Source: Nitrospirota bacterium
Lineage (GTDB): Bacteria; Nitrospirota; UBA9217
DNA length: 64,000 nt
Assembly (NCBI GenBank): GCA_963737155.1
Contig: CAVTRN010000002.1
Span: 2,560,001-2,624,000, forward strand
Direction of reading: 5' to 3'
A program made the translations under genes and the position numbers. Under the pieces are notes generated by a model. The model ran no database searches. It was not told the origin of the DNA and was given only the letters and a program-made list of their open reading frames with translations. How positions within the stretch are numbered: the stretch's first letter is position 1; each line of letters starts with the position of its first letter. Shown piece after piece: positions 60,786 through 64,000 of the stretch.

Positions 60786-62174
60786 ATGCTGATCACCAAA
60801 GTAAAAAAAACAATCAAGAAGTACCACCTACTGCGTGCAGGAGACCGAGTGCTGGTTGCCGTGTCGGGCGGTCCGGATTCGGTCTGCCTCCTTAGCGTCC
60901 TACAGATGTTTGCGAAAGAGCTTGACCTTACGTTGCACCTTGCCCACCTCGACCACATGTTCCGGGGCAGGGAATCGGCAAACGATGCACGCTTTGTCAC
61001 CGATCTGGCGCAGAAAACCGGTATACCGGCGACGATAGAACAGGTCGATGTCCCGGCTTTTTGCCTTGAACGTGGGCTTTCAGCCCAGGCAGGTGCTCGC
61101 GAGGTCCGATATGCTTTCCTCGACCGGGTGGCCCGGTCCGTCGAAGCGTCGCGGATCGCCACGGGACATACGGCAACGGACCAGGCCGAAACAATACTGA
61201 TGCGGCTCCTGCGTGGCGCGGGAATTTCGGGTCTTTCTGCAATTCCGCCAAAGCGGGGAAATATAATCCGACCACTGATAGAGTCTACGCGGGAAGAAAT
61301 CCTCGCCTACCTACATGCTGCGTCGCTCCCTTTTGTTTCCGATTCGTCGAACGTGAAACCCATTTATACGCGCAATAAGATTAGGATGGAACTTCTGCCC
61401 TTACTCAAAGGTTTTAACCCCCGCATCGTCGAGACACTTGCTATCGAAGCTGCTCTTATCCGGGACGAAGACGATGCTATGCGATCCTGCTTAGACGACA
61501 AGGCGTCTGATATTTTCGTGCAAGAGAATGATATAGTGGTTATTAAGAGGAACGCATTCAACAACCTGTTTCCCGCTCTCAGGCGCAGAATCCTCAAAAA
61601 AACCGCTGACCTTTGCGGTACGGATTCCTCACGAATATCTATGGTCCAGATTGAGCAGGCATTGCTGTTCATGGCGGAAGCACAAACGGGCAGAACCATG
61701 CACCTTCCCCCCGGTCTAACGATTGTACGGGAATATGACCGGTTTCTTGTTATGACGGCTGCAGAAGCGACGGCCTTCTCCCATTCCCTCGCAATGCCGG
61801 GCCTGACAGCAGTTCCGGAACTAGGAATCGAAATTAAAATCGCCGCGGGAGACACAGAAACGCAGGTTGGAGATATCCAAAATTATCACTGGCAGGCCGC
61901 GTTCGATTATGATAAAATGATCATTCCTTTAACGGTCAGAAGTCGGCGTCCGGGTGATGTCTTCTGCCCAGCCGGCATGGGGGGCAGGCACAAGAAACTG
62001 CAGGACTACCTAGTTGACGAGAAAATTCCCCAGCGTCATCGGGATAGGGTTCCTCTGCTTTGTTCGGGAGACAACATCGTCTGGGTACTGGGTTTTCGAA
62101 CCGATGAACGATTCCTACCCGGTCCGGGTGCCCAACGTGTCATGATAGTTCGCGTAAGGAACGATAACAAATAG
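60786..62174 (+). CDS. tilS: tRNA(Ile)-lysidine synthetase
   Basis: AVSGGPDS PP-loop, ATGHTATDQAET, IIRPL, YTRNKIR and KKLQDYLVDEKIP motifs. Confidence 0.96.
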   Translation: MLITKVKKTIKKYHLLRAGDRVLVAVSGGPDSVCLLSVLQMFAKELDLTLHLAHLDHMFRGRESANDARFVTDLAQKTGIPATIEQVDVPAFCLERGLSAQAGAREVRYAFLDRVARSVEASRIATGHTATDQAETILMRLLRGAGISGLSAIPPKRGNIIRPLIESTREEILAYLHAASLPFVSDSSNVKPIYTRNKIRMELLPLLKGFNPRIVETLAIEAALIRDEDDAMRSCLDDKASDIFVQENDIVVIKRNAFNNLFPALRRRILKKTADLCGTDSSRISMVQIEQALLFMAEAQTGRTMHLPPGLTIVREYDRFLVMTAAEATAFSHSLAMPGLTAVPELGIEIKIAAGDTETQVGDIQNYHWQAAFDYDKMIIPLTVRSRRPGDVFCPAGMGGRHKKLQDYLVDEKIPQRHRDRVPLLCSGDNIVWVLGFRTDERFLPGPGAQRVMIVRVRNDNK

Positions 62175-62255
62175 GGAAAGCGACTTTATTTTCGGTATTA
62201 AGTCCATACACACCCCGGTCTTCAGTGCTTGCGTTTTTTTTATGGAGGAAATGCA

Positions 62256-62783
62256 ATGGGTATTGATTTTGGTAAACCACTGTTTACGAGTGAAGAAATC
62301 CAGAGAAAGATTCATGAACTCGGCTCGAGGATATCTTCGGACTACGCAGACACGGACCTGCTGGTCGTCGGCGTTCTCAAGGGCGCCATCTTTTTCATGT
62401 CAGATCTGCTTCGATCTCTCAGGATATCCGTCCGGATGGATTTTATTCATTGCACAAGTTCGAAGGGCAGCCATCCCGTTCAAATCATTGCCGATATGAA
62501 AGAGGATATCCGGGGAAAGGACGTCCTCCTCGTTGAAGACATCATGGATTCGGGCGTTACGATCAATCACCTTAAGAAAATGCTCCTCGAGCGTGGTCCG
62601 TCTTCGCTCAGAGTCTGCGTGCTTCTGGACAAATCCGAACGGAGAAAAGTTAAAATCGAAGCTGACTACGCTGGTTTCCGAATCCCCAATAAATACGTCG
62701 TAGGCTACGGTCTCGACTACAAAGACCGCTACCGGAATCTACCTTACATCGCCGTGCTTCCGATGGAGGAGCAGCAAGGGTAA
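62256..62783 (+). CDS. hpt: Hypoxanthine phosphoribosyltransferase
   Basis: VLKGA, VLLVEDIMDSGVT and YVVGYGLDY..RYRNLPY motifs; tilS-hpt-ftsH synteny. Confidence 0.93.
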   Translation: MGIDFGKPLFTSEEIQRKIHELGSRISSDYADTDLLVVGVLKGAIFFMSDLLRSLRISVRMDFIHCTSSKGSHPVQIIADMKEDIRGKDVLLVEDIMDSGVTINHLKKMLLERGPSSLRVCVLLDKSERRKVKIEADYAGFRIPNKYVVGYGLDYKDRYRNLPYIAVLPMEEQQG

Positions 62784-62943
62784 GGACATGATAAACTGTT
62801 GTCAGAAGCTGAGGAATGTGTTATTATGATTAGTCTATGAGCTTAGGATCGTAAACTACAACTAGCTAAAATACAGTAGATTTTCGCGTTTCGATCTTCG
62901 CGTTCCCACGTAATCTGGCGATCAAAATTGGAGGATTTAATTC

Positions 62944-64000
62944 GTGAATGCATTCTATAAAAATTTGGCGCTGATACTGCTCTTCGTCGTCGTATCGGTG
63001 CTCATTTTCAATCTGTTCAATCCCGTCTCCCAGTCGGCGGTCCTGATCCCGTTCAGCGACGTCATGACCAAAATCTCCAACAACGAGGTTAATGACGTTA
63101 CCATCAAGGGAGCAGAAATGTTCGGGAATCTTAAAACGGGCAAATCGTTCAAGACAAATCTGCCCGATTATCCCGACTTGGTCAAGGACCTTATGGCCAA
63201 GGGTGTCAAAATCAATGCGGAACCGGTCAAGGATTCGCCTTGGTACAATTTTCTGGTTGTTTGGGCACCGCTTATCCTCATGGCGCTCTGGTTCTTCTTC
63301 ATCATGCGCAACATGCAGATGGGTGGCAATAAGGCGCTGTCATTCGGCAAAAGCCGGGCAAAACTCCTGAATGAGAGCACGAAGAAAGTGACTTTCAGCG
63401 AGGTTGCCGGCATGGACGAAGCCAAGGTCGAGGTCCAGGAAATCATCGAAATCCTGAAGGACCCCCAGAAGTTTCAGAAGCTCGGCGGCAAAATCCCCAA
63501 GGGGGTGCTGCTCGTCGGCCCTCCGGGAACGGGCAAAACGCTCCTCGCACGGGCTATCGCGGGCGAGGCCGGCGTGCCCTTCCTGTCGATCAGCGGCTCC
63601 GATTTTGTTGAAATGTTTGTGGGCGTGGGCGCATCGCGCGTCCGCGACCTTTTCGAACAGGGCAAAAAGAACGCGCCCTGCATTATCTTCATCGACGAGA
63701 TCGACGCCGTGGGAAGACACCGCGGAGCGGGACTAGGCGGCGGGCATGACGAACGAGAGCAGACACTGAACCAACTTCTTGTCGAAATGGACGGTTTCGA
63801 GAGCAATGAAGGCGTGATCCTCGTCGCAGCGACGAACCGCCCCGATGTGCTCGACCCAGCCCTCCTTCGGCCCGGCAGATTTGATCGCCAAGTCGTAATC
63901 CCCCGTCCCGATTTGAATGGCAGGGTCGGCGTACTGAAAGTACACACCCTGAAAATCAAGCTCGCACCGCATGTGGACATCGAGGCTATCGCGCGTGGCA
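62944..64000 (+). CDS. ftsH: FtsH AAA+ metalloprotease, 5' part (runs off the window end)
   Basis: GTG start giving [10 protein letters not shown], two TM helices, [31 protein letters not shown] and [17 protein letters not shown]. Confidence 0.97.
   Translation, partial: MNAFYKNLALILLFVVVSVLIFNLFNPVSQSAVLIPFSDVMTKISNNEVNDVTIKGAEMFGNLKTGKSFKTNLPDYPDLVKDLMAKGVKINAEPVKDSPWYNFLVVWAPLILMALWFFFIMRNMQMGGNKALSFGKSRAKLLNESTKKVTFSEVAGMDEAKVEVQEIIEILKDPQKFQKLGGKIPKGVLLVGPPGTGKTLLARAIAGEAGVPFLSISGSDFVEMFVGVGASRVRDLFEQGKKNAPCIIFIDEIDAVGRHRGAGLGGGHDEREQTLNQLLVEMDGFESNEGVILVAATNRPDVLDPALLRPGRFDRQVVIPRPDLNGRVGVLKVHTLKIKLAPHVDIEAIARG

Noticed and set aside
1-64000. CRISPR array or cas genes, especially near tnpB
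   Set aside because: No regularly spaced repeat-spacer array was seen. The RuvC protein sits behind an IS607 tnpA, so it is called TnpB rather than Cas12.

Overview
A 64-kb bacterial chromosome segment. Gene content (multiheme cytochromes, an Hmc-like module, a V-type ATPase, a DUF362 protein) suggests an anaerobe of Nitrospirota or Desulfobacterota type; this is inference only. The core scaffold is the start of a V/A-type ATPase operon, accD, the complete trpEGDCFBA operon, a SurA-like gene, gatB-gatA-panD-gatC-pcrA, a dksA-like gene, tRNA-Met, tilS-hpt-ftsH (ftsH partial) and tRNA-Ala(GGC). Accessory content: (1) a ~12-kb minus-strand respiratory locus with an M56 peptidase, three paralogous small membrane proteins (one HmcD-like fusion), cytochrome c3, a Tat Fe-S protein, NrfD, a 13-heme cytochrome, cytochrome b, a sensor kinase with a CxxCH heme motif and a NarL-type regulator; it is bracketed by two same-orientation ISAs1 relics and has a 268-bp MITE in its promoter region; (2) three related IS607-type tnpA/tnpB elements (full, internally deleted, miniature), all starting at AGGG, two of which supply the stop codon of the upstream host gene; (3) a reduced ~4.4-kb island in tRNA-Ala with an integrase relic, a beta-helix lipoprotein, IS256 and a degenerate att repeat; (4) a HEAT-repeat/HD-GYP gene pair sharing an unnamed N-terminal domain; (5) a duplicated promoter plus covarying hairpin in front of two adjacent genes; (6) many intergenic relics (group II intron D5/D6, NiFe-hydrogenase, adenylate cyclase, lpxD-like, hsdM, IS200, IS4, IS1380). 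No CRISPR array or rRNA was seen. All assignments come from motif recognition by eye, with no database searches.
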